A stretch of 64,000 bases of DNA from an uncultured bacterium (GTDB lineage: Bacteria; Verrucomicrobiota; Verrucomicrobiia; Limisphaerales; UBA8199), in assembly GCA_963749495.1 (NCBI GenBank), contig CAVVMW010000001.1:789685-853684 (forward strand). Reading direction: 5' to 3'. Under the pieces are notes generated by a model, which did not search any database, was not told the DNA's origin, and saw only the letters and a program-made list of their open reading frames with translations. This document shows, one piece after another, positions 44,528 through 55,754 of this stretch; position 1 is the first letter of the stretch, and each line of letters begins with the position of its first letter. Position numbers and translations under genes: made by a program.

Positions 44528-45601
44528 ATGAGCAAATACTCCGTTGTGGTAGTCGGCATGGGCAAGCGCGGCATGCACCATGCCCTGGCCTTCAATGCGA
44601 ACCCCAAGTTCCAGGTCGCCGGCATCTGCGACATCAACGCGGCGCGGCTGGATGCCGCGGCGGCCAAGCTGGGCAATCCGCAGAAGGGGTCGGACGCGGC
44701 CGCGCTGGCCAAGGCGGTGAGGCCGGACGTGTTTTGCTTCACCACGCTGCCGGGCCTGCGCACGCCGATGATCCGGATTGGCATCGAGTCGGGCGCCAGG
44801 CTGCTGGCCTTCGAGAAACCGGTGGCCCTGACCAGCGCGGAGTTGCTGGGCATCCGCGACCTGGTCCGCAACTCGGGGACCAAGGCGGTGGTGAGCCACC
44901 AGCATCGCTACGGGGTCCACTATCGGAAGGTGCGGGAGATCATCGCCGGCGGCGCGCTGGGCCGCGTACACACCCTCTACGGGAGCGCCACCGGCTGGAT
45001 GACCCATATGCTCTCGCACCTTCTCGACTATACCTGCTGGTTCAACAACTACGCGCCCGCCACGTGGGTCATGGCCCAGGCGGCAGGCCGGGCCAAGCTG
45101 GCCGACAACCATCCTTCGCCCGATTACATCGGCGGGTTCGTCCAGTTCGCCAACGGGGTGCGCGGCATTTATGAATGCGGGGCCGGCGCGCCCGACCAGC
45201 CCGAGGTCGCCAAGTGGTGGGGCAAAAACCGCATCGGCGCCCAGGGCACCGAAGGCTTCGCCGAGGTCCTCACCAACGGCGGCTGGCGCGCCGTCACCCG
45301 CTCCGGCGGCTGCCAGAGCGGCCCGGGGGCGATGAACTACGACCTGGACATGCCGCCCTACATCCAGGACATGGCCGATTGGCTCGATGACCCCGCGAAG
45401 GTCCATCCGTGCAATTTCGACCGGGCCTGCCTGGGCGCGGAGATCATGCTGGCGATGCAGCGCAGCGCCGCCCAAGGCGGCCAGGTTGCCCTGCCCCTGA
45501 CCCAGGGCGCCGACGAACAGGCCCTGCTCAAGGCCAGCCTCCCCGACCGCCCCGTCCTGGTCTCCTGCGACCAAAACAGGAAAGAGTTTGGACTGGGGTG
45601 A
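44528..45601 (+). CDS. Gfo/Idh/MocA oxidoreductase
   Basis: VVGMGKRG, EKPVA, HLLD. Confidence 0.9.
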   Translation: MSKYSVVVVGMGKRGMHHALAFNANPKFQVAGICDINAARLDAAAAKLGNPQKGSDAAALAKAVRPDVFCFTTLPGLRTPMIRIGIESGARLLAFEKPVALTSAELLGIRDLVRNSGTKAVVSHQHRYGVHYRKVREIIAGGALGRVHTLYGSATGWMTHMLSHLLDYTCWFNNYAPATWVMAQAAGRAKLADNHPSPDYIGGFVQFANGVRGIYECGAGAPDQPEVAKWWGKNRIGAQGTEGFAEVLTNGGWRAVTRSGGCQSGPGAMNYDLDMPPYIQDMADWLDDPAKVHPCNFDRACLGAEIMLAMQRSAAQGGQVALPLTQGADEQALLKASLPDRPVLVSCDQNRKEFGLG

Positions 45602-45634
45602 CACAAGGCAGATGCGCGGTGATCGTGCCCGGTG

Positions 45635-45895
45635 GGGTGCGGTTAAAAGCGTCGGGCATGCGGCTCGGGGGTTTTGTCCCGGAGGGACATCTGACAATAG
45701 CCCGGCGTTTCAACGCCGGGGAGGCTACAAAACGGACCTCGTCCCGAAGGGACGACTGAGAACACTCCATGCTTTCAACCGTCCCTTCGGGACGGACCTG
45801 CTCCTTGGGTCCGCTCACCCGGCGTTGAAACGCCGGGCTATTGCCGGAAGCCCCTTCGGGGCAAAAAGGCGCCGTGGGCTGGCCGACGGTTTTCA
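45635..45895. repeat. ~250-bp nested palindromic element, family A
   Basis: Near-identical to 11901-12160. Confidence 0.9.
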
Positions 45896-46061
45896 TCGCA
45901 CCCCTGCCCCATCCGCGCTTGCAATCGGGCAACTAAAGGCTAAGCTCGGTGTTGGACAATTGAGCCAGGTGCAGGCGTCACCTGAAGGTCGCGCCCTTGT
46001 GTTTGTTTGGTGCAAGACAAGCCAGGTCCCGGGCTGTCCTGGCTTGCGTTGTCGCAACTGA

Positions 46062-48644
46062 ATGAACGAGAAAAACAGGGTTCTTTGCCGCAGCCTCAGC
46101 GTGTGTTTGGCGTTTTGCGGCGTGGGGCTGCGGGCCTGGGGCGGGGGGAGTGGTTTGAACGTGGTGGTGGTAGTCAACCAGGAGAGCCGCAATTCGGTGC
46201 AACTGGGCAACTACTACTGTGAGCGCCGGCATGTCCCGCCGCAGAACGTCCTGCGCATCCAGTGGAGCGGCCCGAACACCGACTGGAGCCTCTCGGATTT
46301 CACTACGTTCCTGGTCAACCCGCTGCAGGCCATGCTCGCCGCCCAGCGGTTGACAAACCAGATCAACTACGTGGTCTTGTCCATGGACATCCCCTACCGG
46401 GTCCTCTCGGGCAGCCTGACGGCCAACAGCACTACGTCCGCCCTTTTTTATGGGTTCAAGCCCGGCCAGGCCTATAATCCCCCCGATTTTGGCTGCTCGA
46501 TGGCGCCCGGCTCGACCAACCTCTATGCCGGCAGCGAGAGCGTCTTCCGCGCCACGCCCCCTATCACCCTGTCGAGCAACTCGTATCTCACGACGATGAT
46601 TACCTCGACCAACCTGGCGCTGGCCAAACTGACCATCAACCAGGGCGTCCTGAGCGACGGCACATTCCCCACACAGACGGTGTATCTCCAGCACAGTGTG
46701 GACCCCTTCCGCAATGTCCGTTACGCTTCTTTCGATAACGCCATCTTCAACACGCGGCTCCAGGGCGAGGTCTCGGTGCAGCAGAACAATGACTCCTCTC
46801 TCTGGGAGTACGGTTACATCCTGGGCGCGCAAACCGGCAGCCAGGGTTACAGCCTCCTGGGCGTCTCCTTTGCCCCGGGCGGCATCGCGGACAACCTGAC
46901 CTCATGGGGAGGGCTGATCCTGCCCTGGATGACCGACCAGCTTGACATCTTGGCATTCCTGATAGCGGGCGCGACCGCCACCTACGGCACCGTGGACGAG
47001 CCGTGCAATTACCCCGAGAAATTCCCCTCCCCGATGGATTACTTTTACCAGGGGCGTGGCTTTAGCATGGCCGAGGCCTATTACCAGGGCCTGACCAATC
47101 CCTACCAGGGGCTGATTGTGGGCGAACCGCTGGCCGCCCCGTTCGCCCAACCGGTTGATGGGGACTGGGCCGGCCTTGCCGACAACGCCCTTCTGAGCGG
47201 CGTCACCAATCTGGCCCTCCAGTTCGACGCCCCCGCCTCCGGTCCGCCTGTCCGGCAAGTGGACCTGTTTTTGGACGGCACGTTCCTGCGGACCCTCACC
47301 AACGTTCCCCCCTTGCCAGGCAACCTCTTGGGCGTCTTGCTCAATGGACTGGCCATGAGCTATACCGTCCCCGCCAACGCCACGCTCAACTCGATCGCCT
47401 CCGGCCTGAGCCGCCTCCTCAACGACAACTCCAGTTCGACCGGGGTCGCCGCATATCCCGTCGGCGACCGCATCGAGTTGCACTCTACCGACCTTTCCAA
47501 GCTGGGCTCCCAGCTCGGGCTGTCGGTCAGCAACTCTGCCGGAAACGCGCCTGCCCTCACCACCTTTATCACTGCCGATGCCGCCGGTTTTCTCGATTCG
47601 ATCGCTTACGGGATTCGGCTTTACGAGGTCACCGGGACGCCCAGCCCCGGCGATTACCTCCAGTTGAGCGTCACCAAGACCAACGGTGGCGTGGTCTCGG
47701 TGGCGGTCACGAACACGACGGGCAGCGACACGCTCCCGGCCATGCTCACGAACCTGGTCAACCTCATCAACGCCAGTCCCGACTTGGCCGGCAGCGATGG
47801 GGCGGTGGCGCAGGATCTTTATTGGGGCGATACCGTCAATCCGCCGCAGTTCAACCTGCGGGCCGGTTCTGCGGGCTGGCAGGCTGCGCAGCTCCAGGCC
47901 CAGCTCTCCGGCTCCGCCAGCTTCAGCTTCACTCCCTCGAGCCTCCTCAGGCTCGACCCCAATCTGGCGGACCTCCAGCCGCGCGCCCACTTGTATGTCA
48001 TGGCGGGGGCCTACAGTCTGCCCTTGACCTTCGCCCTGGACACCACCGTGCTGGCTGACGGTTTCCATGAGCTGACCGCTGTGGCTTACGACGGCAGCAA
48101 CGTCCGCACCCAGCGGCCCGTCTCGCGGAACGTCCAGATCCGCAACGGCCCGTTCTCGGCCGTCTTCACGACGCCGTTGGACTCGACCAATGTCGCGGTG
48201 GAAGCGGTGCTCTCGTTTTCGGTGGCGGCGAGCGGGGGCAGCGTGGCCCGCATCGAGTTGTTCAGCACCGGCGGCTCGCTCGGAAGTGTTTCGGGCCAGG
48301 CCAGCGCCAGCTTCTCGATCTCCGGCACGAACCTGGACGTGGGCCTGCACCCGTTCTATGCGGTGGTCAACGCCGCCAATGGCAGCCAGTACCGCACCGA
48401 GACCCGGTGGATTCGCCTGGCCGGCCCCGACGCGCCTTTCCCGGTCTCGATTGCCCGGCGGCTCCCGGTCAGCCTGGCCTGGCCTGCCGTCGCCGGCCGG
48501 AGCTATGACATCCTGAGCGCGCCCGCTCTGACCGGCGGCTTCCAACTCAACGCCACCCTGACCCCAGCCAATGCCACCGGCCTGTGGACCGACACCAACG
48601 GCACCGGGCCTCGACAGTTCTATCGAGTTCGGACCTCGCAATGA
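46062..48644 (+). CDS. TIGR03790-like secreted protein with Ig-like domains
   Basis: VVVVVN..SRNSVQLGNYYCERRHVP, GATATYGTVDEP, GEPLAAPF; ends RQFYRVRTSQ. Confidence 0.8.
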   Translation: MNEKNRVLCRSLSVCLAFCGVGLRAWGGGSGLNVVVVVNQESRNSVQLGNYYCERRHVPPQNVLRIQWSGPNTDWSLSDFTTFLVNPLQAMLAAQRLTNQINYVVLSMDIPYRVLSGSLTANSTTSALFYGFKPGQAYNPPDFGCSMAPGSTNLYAGSESVFRATPPITLSSNSYLTTMITSTNLALAKLTINQGVLSDGTFPTQTVYLQHSVDPFRNVRYASFDNAIFNTRLQGEVSVQQNNDSSLWEYGYILGAQTGSQGYSLLGVSFAPGGIADNLTSWGGLILPWMTDQLDILAFLIAGATATYGTVDEPCNYPEKFPSPMDYFYQGRGFSMAEAYYQGLTNPYQGLIVGEPLAAPFAQPVDGDWAGLADNALLSGVTNLALQFDAPASGPPVRQVDLFLDGTFLRTLTNVPPLPGNLLGVLLNGLAMSYTVPANATLNSIASGLSRLLNDNSSSTGVAAYPVGDRIELHSTDLSKLGSQLGLSVSNSAGNAPALTTFITADAAGFLDSIAYGIRLYEVTGTPSPGDYLQLSVTKTNGGVVSVAVTNTTGSDTLPAMLTNLVNLINASPDLAGSDGAVAQDLYWGDTVNPPQFNLRAGSAGWQAAQLQAQLSGSASFSFTPSSLLRLDPNLADLQPRAHLYVMAGAYSLPLTFALDTTVLADGFHELTAVAYDGSNVRTQRPVSRNVQIRNGPFSAVFTTPLDSTNVAVEAVLSFSVAASGGSVARIELFSTGGSLGSVSGQASASFSISGTNLDVGLHPFYAVVNAANGSQYRTETRWIRLAGPDAPFPVSIARRLPVSLAWPAVAGRSYDILSAPALTGGFQLNATLTPANATGLWTDTNGTGPRQFYRVRTSQ

Positions 48645-49990
48645 ATGCACTCTCTGTCAAGCTCTGCGCGCTGATTTTCTTCGGTTGTCTCTCCGGTTTC
48701 GGAGCCGATGCGCTCCGTTGGGAGGCCACCCAAAACCGGGTCAGCGCCGACATCAAGTCGGGCGACCTCCGCCAGGTGCTGGAGCGGATCGCCTCGGCCA
48801 CCGGCTGGCAGGTCTTTGTCGAGCCTGGCGTGCAGCGCCCGGTCTCGGCCAAGTTCCAGCGCCTGCAACCCGGCGAGGCCTTGCGCCTGCTCCTGGGCGA
48901 CCTCAACTTCGCGCTGGTGCCCCAGACCAACCACAGCTCCCGGCTGCTGGTGTTCCGGACCACCGCGCAACAGGCCACCCAGTTGGTCCCGCCCGCAGCC
49001 CGCATCATCCCCGACGAACTGGTCGTTCGCCTCAAGCCGGGGGCCAAGATCGAGGACGTGGCGCGCTTGGTGGGCGGCAAGGTCATCGGACACATCGGCG
49101 CTCTGGACGCCTACCTCCTCCAGTTCGAGGACGCCGGCGCAGCCAATGCCGCGCGCCAGCAACTGGCCGCCAACCCGGAGATCGCCTCGATCCAGAACAA
49201 CTACTCCGTTGACAGTCCACCGTCGCCAAACCCTGTCGGCTTCGGCGGCCCGCCTCCGCCCCCGCACCTCGATCTCAAACCGCCCCCGGACAACGGCCGC
49301 ATCATCGTCGGCCTGGTCGATACCGCCGTCCAGTCCCTCGGCAAAGACCTGGACCCTTTCCTCCTCAAGCAGGTCTCCGTCGCCGGCACGCCCAACCCCG
49401 ACCCGAACGAGCCGTTGCACGGCACCACGATGGCCGAGACCATGCTGCGCAGCATCCAGGACTACACCAAAGGCAGCACTTCGATACAAATCCTGCCCGT
49501 GGACGTTTATGGCCCCAATCCCACGAGCTCCACTTTCGCCATCGCCGATGGCATCGTCCAGGCGGTCAACGGCGGCGCGCGAATCATCAACCTGAGCCTC
49601 GGCAGCCCGGAAGACAGCGACCTGCTTCACAGTGTCATCCAGCAGGCCAAGGCAAACAACATCCTGTTCGTCGGCGCCGCCGGCAACTCCGGCAGCTCGG
49701 CTCCCTTCTTCCCGGCGGCCTACTCCGAAGTGGATTCCGTCACCGCCGTGGACAACGGCCAACTCCCCTCCTACGCCAACCGCGGACCCTGGATCTCCTT
49801 CGCCGCCCCAGGCACCAGCATCATCTACTTCAACAACCAGCCCTGGACGGTCATCGGCACTTCCGCTTCCGCCGCCTACCTCACCGGCGCCATCAGCGGT
49901 TACATGGACGCCACCCATAGCTCCGCCGCCACGGCCCAATCCTTCATCCGCAATAACTTCGGCATCTCCTTCGTCCCCGCCAGACCGTAG
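48641..49990 (+). CDS. Secreted S8 subtilase with N-terminal STN/secretin-N-like domain
   Basis: VDT, HGT, GTS triad; INLSLG, AAGN; LRQVLERIASATG N-domain; ATGA overlap with upstream gene. Confidence 0.85.
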   Translation: MNALSVKLCALIFFGCLSGFGADALRWEATQNRVSADIKSGDLRQVLERIASATGWQVFVEPGVQRPVSAKFQRLQPGEALRLLLGDLNFALVPQTNHSSRLLVFRTTAQQATQLVPPAARIIPDELVVRLKPGAKIEDVARLVGGKVIGHIGALDAYLLQFEDAGAANAARQQLAANPEIASIQNNYSVDSPPSPNPVGFGGPPPPPHLDLKPPPDNGRIIVGLVDTAVQSLGKDLDPFLLKQVSVAGTPNPDPNEPLHGTTMAETMLRSIQDYTKGSTSIQILPVDVYGPNPTSSTFAIADGIVQAVNGGARIINLSLGSPEDSDLLHSVIQQAKANNILFVGAAGNSGSSAPFFPAAYSEVDSVTAVDNGQLPSYANRGPWISFAAPGTSIIYFNNQPWTVIGTSASAAYLTGAISGYMDATHSSAATAQSFIRNNFGISFVPARP

Positions 49991-50067
49991 TGGAACCGCA
50001 GATCGGGCTTGAACATGCCGGGGGGAGGGGCTTACATTGAGGCGGCATTTGACAAGAAAGGAAGTCA

Positions 50068-50493
50068 ATGAAGAAGTGGTCTGTTCTCTTTGCCATTATT
50101 CTCGGTGTGGGGGCGGCCGGCGCCCAGCCTGCAGCGACCAACACGCCGCCCGCGAAGATCACCGCCGGTCATGCCAAGGCCCGGACTGAAAAGACCGACC
50201 CCGGCCGCACCAACGCCCCGTCGGCGCGCGCGGCCCAATCGTCGCTCCAGGCCCAGAAGCCCGGCGTCGCCGCGCCGGCCCTGCCCTGGTTCAGGCCGGC
50301 AAAACCCAACGAATTGACGGCCGGCAAGCTGACCTACAGCGGCGTCATCGTCCAGGCCATCAAGGCCAAGAACCCGCTCCAGCTCATCAACCCCGCCGCT
50401 CCGGCCAGCTACGGGTCGGGCCAGGACAACGTGGTGAACTTCTCCTTTAGCGGCACCGGACCGATGATCAAGATCTTCTCGATCGATTTTTGA
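50068..50493 (+). CDS. Small secreted hypothetical protein
   Basis: Signal peptide, AAGGA RBS, NPLQLINPAAPASYG, terminal Phe. Confidence 0.7.
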   Translation: MKKWSVLFAIILGVGAAGAQPAATNTPPAKITAGHAKARTEKTDPGRTNAPSARAAQSSLQAQKPGVAAPALPWFRPAKPNELTAGKLTYSGVIVQAIKAKNPLQLINPAAPASYGSGQDNVVNFSFSGTGPMIKIFSIDF

Positions 50494-50505
50494 CCGGGTT
50501 CGGCG

Positions 50506-50533
50506 TTGACAACGACAGGCATTGCGGTAAGGT
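50506..50533 (+). promoter_or_regulatory. Putative rpsT promoter
   Basis: TTGACA-16-TAAGGT. Confidence 0.55.
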
Positions 50534-50567
50534 GCGCGCTCTGGAATCACAGACAACCGATTGATTT

Positions 50568-50903
50568 ATGCCGAATACGAAGTCAGCCGAACGCCGCATG
50601 CGCAACAGCGCCCGCAAACACCTGCGCAACCGCAGCGCCAAGTCGCGCCTCCACACGCTCGAGAGGAGCTACCTGGAACTGCTCAGCGCCGGCAAGCAGG
50701 AAGAAGCCGCCGAGGCCTTCCGCGGCATCTCCTCCGCGTTCGACAAGGCAGCCAAGGCGGGGGCCGTTCATCGGGCCACCGCCAATCGCAAGAAGTCCCG
50801 CCTGGCGGTGCGGCTCCTCCAACCCAAGCCCGCCGCCGCCCCGGCCGCCGAACCCGCCCCGGCCCCAGCCCCGCAGCCCGCAGCCCAGCCTGCTGCCTCC
50901 TGA
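50568..50903 (+). CDS. rpsT: 30S ribosomal protein S20 with Pro/Ala tail
   Basis: MPNTKSAERRMR...DKAAKAGAVHRATANRKKSRL. Confidence 0.95.
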   Translation: MPNTKSAERRMRNSARKHLRNRSAKSRLHTLERSYLELLSAGKQEEAAEAFRGISSAFDKAAKAGAVHRATANRKKSRLAVRLLQPKPAAAPAAEPAPAPAPQPAAQPAAS

Positions 50904-50910
50904 GAGGCAG

Positions 50911-51013
50911 TGGCGAAATTAACCGCAAAGATCGCAGAGAACACAAAGAGCCTGGAATGAAGACGTTTCTCTGCGATCTTTGCGTTCTTTGCGGTTAATT
51001 CTGCAACCGCCAC
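50911..51013. repeat. REP-like hairpin downstream of rpsT
   Basis: aattaaccgcaaaga / tctttgcggttaatt arms. Confidence 0.7.
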
Positions 51014-51065
51014 TAAGTTCGGTTCGGCTTGACCGCCTGCGCTCTTTGGCTTGATCTGTGAGGCC

Positions 51066-53853
51066 ATGAGCGCCTTGACATCCCGATTTCTGTTCGCCTT
51101 TTGCCTCGTTGCCGGACTCATTGAACCCCGCGTCCGGGGGATGTCGGTTGGCGGCCTGCGTTGCGAGTACCGCCTGGACCCGGTGGGGATTGACGTAGCC
51201 CAGCCGCGGTTGAGCTGGGTCCTGGAATCGGAGGCGCGCGGCGCCAGGCAGACCGCATTCCAGGTGTTGGCGGCCAGTTCGCCCGAGGTTCTGGCCCGCG
51301 ACCGGGGTGATTTGTGGGACTCAGGCCGGGTGATGACAAACCAGACGATCCACGTGGTCTATGCGGGCAGGCCGCTGACTTCGCGGGCTCGGGCGTTCTG
51401 GAAGGTGCGCGTTTGGGACGAGGCGGGCCGGGCCTCGGCCTGGAGCCCCGGCGGCTCCTGGATCATGGGGCTGCTCTCCCCGTCCGATTGGCAGGCAAAG
51501 TGGATTGCTGTGGACGGAATCCTTGATCCAGTGCCGCCGGGGGCGGCGCCGGCTGCCCTGCCCGCGACGATGTTCCGCCGGCAATTTCACCTCGCCCAAC
51601 CGGTGAAGCGCGCGACCGTATATGTGACCGGCTTGGGGCTGTACGAATTGCGCATCAATGGCCGGCGCGTGGGCGACCAACTCCTGGCCCCCGAGTGGAC
51701 AGACTACCGCAAGACGATCCAGTACCAGACCTGCGATGTGACGCCGCTGCTGCGCGCGGGCGACAACGCCATCGGCGCGTTGGTTGGCGAAGGCTGGTAC
51801 GCGGGCCGTCTCATGGCGTTTGGGGCGAGGGCTTATGGATCGGTTCCTCGTTTCCTGGCACAAGTGGAGGTCGAATTGGCCGACGGCACGGTCCAAACGG
51901 TGGTGTCCGATTCGTCCTGGCGCGCCACCCTCGAAGGCCCCATCCGCTCGGCCGGGCTCTATGACGGGGAGGTCTATGACGCCCGGCGCGAGATGCCGGG
52001 CTGGGATGCGCCGGGATTCGACGATTCGGCGTGGCTGCGGGCCGCCGCGTTCGAGCTGGGTCCCGCCCGGCTCGTCTGGCAGCGCAACGAGCCCATTCGC
52101 ATCGTCGAGCAACTGGCGCCGGTGAAGATCACGGAACCCAAACCGGGTCTTTATATCGCGGATTTCGGCCAGAACATGGCGGGCTGGTGCCGGATGAGCC
52201 TGCGCGGCGCGGCCGGACAGACCGTGACGGTGCGGCACGGGGAGATGCTGCAGGAGGACGGCACGCTTTACACGGCGAATTTGCGCGGGGCGCCGCAGGT
52301 GGATCGCTACACCTTTGGCAGCGACGGCGCCCAGACCATCGAACCTCACTTTACCTACCACGGTTTTCGCTATATCGAGCTGGCGGGGCTTGCCAGGCCC
52401 CCCGCCCCGGACTCGATCCGAGGCCAGGTCTTCTGCTCCTCGGCGCCGGCGAGCGGGCATTTCGAGTGCTCCAGCGAGACGGTCAACCGGCTCATGCGCA
52501 ACATCTTCTGGACCCAGCGGGCCAACCTCATGAGCACGCCCACCGATTGCCCGCAGCGCAACGAGCGCTTCGGCTGGATGGGCGACATCCAGGCCTTTTC
52601 TCAAACCGCCATCTTCAACATGGACCTGGCCGCGTTCTTCAGCAAATGGGTGCGTGACATTCGCGACGGCCAGGCCCAGGACGGCCGCTTCCCGGATTTC
52701 GCGCCGCACCCCGGCGACCCCAACGCGCAGTTCTCCGGCACCCCGGCCTGGGGCGATGCCGGGCACGGTTGTGCCCTGGCGCATTTACCAGAACTACGCC
52801 GACAGCCGCCTGCTCGCCGAGCATCTCGACTCAGCCCGCCGCTGGGTCAATTACATCCACCGGCTCAACCCGGACCTGATCTGGTCCAAGGGCCGAAACA
52901 ACGACTATAACGACTGGCTCAACGGGGACACACTGATTTACAAGGACTGGCCGCGCAAGGGCGGGGCCGTGCCCAACGAGGTCTTCGCCACCGCCTTCTT
53001 CGCGCACTCGACCCAAATCGTGGCCAAAATGGCGCGCGCCCTGGGCCGCGCACAGGAGGCCCAGGATTATGACCGCCTCTTCCACCAGATTGCCGCAGCC
53101 TTCAATGCACGGTTCGTCTCGGCCGACGGCCATATCACCGGCAACACCCAGGCGGGCTACGCCCTGGCATTGCATTTCGACCTTCTGCCCGAAGATGTGC
53201 GCCCTCGCGCCGCGCAACGGATGGTCGAGGCGCTGGCGCCCTACCAAGGCCATCTCTCGACCGGCATCCAGACCAGCCACCGTCTCATGCTCGAGCTGAG
53301 CCGCTGGGACGGCCAGGACCGGGCCTGGCGCCTGCTCAACCTCCGCGATTTCCCTTCCTGGGGAATGATGCTCGAAAACGGCGCCACTACCATCTGGGAA
53401 CGCTGGGATGGCTTTGTCCGGGGCCGCGGTTTTCAAGACCCGGGAATGAACTCCTTCAACCATTGGGCCTTGGGGGCCGTCGGGGAATGGATCTGGCGCG
53501 AGGTGGCGGGCATCAACCCTGACGAGGCGGCGCCCGGTTATGCTCATTTCACTTTGAGCGCCCGGCCCCGCGAGGGCCTGGACTGGGTCAACGCGGCCTA
53601 CGACTCCATCCGGGGCCGGATTGCCATCCAATGGCGGTTGAAGGACGGCCGGCTCACTCTCCAAATCACCGTCCCGCCCAATACGGCGGCAACCGTCCTG
53701 GTGCCAGCCACCGAGCCCCGGGCCATCACTGAAAGCGGGCACGACCTCGCCCGCGCCCAAGGCGTGACCCCGCTCGGTTTCAAGGACGGCGCCGCAGTGC
53801 TCCGGGTGGATTCAGGGCGATACACGTTCGAGGCGCAGAATCGGGGGCCGTAG
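51066..53853 (+). CDS. Alpha-L-rhamnosidase (GH78); frameshift near 52760
   Basis: PRLSW, DFGQN, FTYHGFRY, TDCPQRNERFGWMGD, GATTIWERWD, MNSFNH. Confidence 0.92.
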
Positions 53854-53884
53854 GAAAGCGGGTTTCGTTTTTCGGGAATGGAAG

Positions 53885-54185
53885 GTGAAACGTGAAACGT
53901 GAAACGTGAAGCGTGAAACGTGAGTAACCCGTCAGAGAAGGCGGAGACGGAGTCCGCGGCAGACCCCTCACCCCGACCCTCTCCCCTTCCGAAGGGGAGA
54001 GGGAGGATTCTCGGTAGCGCCTTGAGGAAGCCGAGACGCCCAGAACTCCCAGAGACTGCCGACGCTTCTCCCTCTCCCCTTCGGAAGGGGAGAGGGTCGG
54101 GGTGAGGGGTCTGCCCCTTGGCGCTCCCGCCTTCACTGAGGCCTCACAAACGTGAACCCTGAACCCTGAACCCTGAATCCTGAAC
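53885..54185. repeat. REP-like element bracketed by two 7-mer arrays
   Basis: (gtgaaac)x5; ccctcaccccgaccctctccccttccgaagggg IR; (tgaaccc)x4. Confidence 0.85.
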
Positions 54186-55520
54186 TACGGAACCAGGCCG
54201 CGCTGGCGGAACTGGTCGAGGAGGATGCCGGGGCGGCGGTCAAAGTAGCCGGCCAGGAGACGCTGGACTTCGGGCCCCCAGTGCTCCTTGACGCTGTAGG
54301 TCTCGAAAGGGCCGCTCTTGTAAGGGTCCACGGTCTGGCGGTAGTCGCCCCAGCGGGCGGATTCGGCGGCCATGGCCTTTTCCAGGCCCTGGGCCAGCGC
54401 GCTGAACCGCCGGCGCGCGGGGCCCGGCGCCAATGGGCCATCGTTCAGGAGGAGCCGCCGGGCCCGGTCCCCAAACAAGACGCGGAATTGGGGGTTCTCG
54501 GAGAGCTTTTGGAACAGGCGCAGGGGGCTCTGGTCGTCATCGCGATCGAGGGTGCAGGCCTCCGGGTCGCCCAGCGTACACTCGGCATCCCAGACGAAGA
54601 ACCGGAACTTGCCGCCGGGGGTGCGAGGGCGCAGGGCATACCAATTGGCGGAGCGGTCCCAATCAGAATTGCCGGCGTAGAAATTGAGGATGAGATAGTC
54701 GGCCAACTCCTGCACGTCCAGGAGCCGGCAGATGGCCTGGTAACGGGAGCTTTCGCCCAGGCCCGCGTTGGCAAGGTCCATGAGTTGGTCCCAGGCGGCG
54801 GTGTCGCCGGACTCGATTTTGCCGGCCTTTCTGGCATCGAACTCCGGCAGCGGTCCAGGCGGGAGAGACGCCAGCGAGGCAGGCCCGGGCCGTTCGCAGA
54901 CATTGTAAACGCCCCAGTAAAGGCCGTTCAGATAGAGATGGACAAAACAGCCGCGGACGCTCGGGTAGCCCATGACCCGGAGGCTGGCGCGCACCCATTC
55001 GTCGCGCAGGTACACGGCGCGGCGCCGCGCCTGGCCGTCGGGGTGAAGCCAGGAATCGTTGTGGCCGGCCCGGAGGATGAGCGAGTCGAACTCGACGGGG
55101 TCGCCGGGACCGAAGAGTGGAAAACGCAACCGGGCCTGGCCAAACCGGGGCTTGAAGGTGAGGCGGAAGGAGTGTTTGGGCGACTCCCGGGGCAGGCGGC
55201 TGGAGCCGCCGTGGATGCGCAGGCCGCACTGGGCGCTGAACCCCGCGCGATTCCCAGGGCCAATCCACTCGATGGAGGCGGGACGTTCCCAAGCCCCGCC
55301 TCGCTCGGCAGGGTGTGCATAGAGGCCAGTCTCGGGGGAGAAGAGGCTGGCCGGCTCGGCGATGATGGACAGGCGAGGGAGCGATTGAAGGCCCTCGATG
55401 ATTGCCTGGCGCGAGGCGGGGTCGTCCAGGACGCCCGGGGAGATGCCGTAGCGCGCCGGGACGAGGCGGCCCTGGGTTGACCCCCAGGTGTTGGGGAGGC
55501 CGCCATTATTCGTAGTGTAG
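54185..55520 (-). pseudogene. CotH kinase-family protein, 5'-truncated
   Basis: WERPASIE, GLRIHGG, KHSFRL, HLYLNGLYWGVYN..ER, NSDW, WDAE; coding signal stops at a MITE-like end. Confidence 0.75.
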
Positions 55521-55750
55521 AGCTTGTCCCAGAAATCGCGAATTCTGAGACCTTTGTCGAAATCTTGGTCGAAGCCTTTGTCGGATTGGCCATTAGTTAA
55601 CAAAGGCTGCGACAAAGGTTGCGACAAAGACTCGAAAGAGGAAACCATGGAGCACACGGAACACACGGAAAGGGAAACGCCCACCCGTAGTTTTCCGTGT
55701 ATTCCGTGTATTCCGTGGCTTCCTACAAAGGACAAAAGGGACATAAGACC
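55518..55750. repeat. Partial MITE-like element plus 9-mer repeats
   Basis: tagagcttgtcccagaaa end; cctttgtcg / cgacaaagg 12-mer units as at 58736-58880. Confidence 0.7.
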
Positions 55751-55754
55751 CTGC

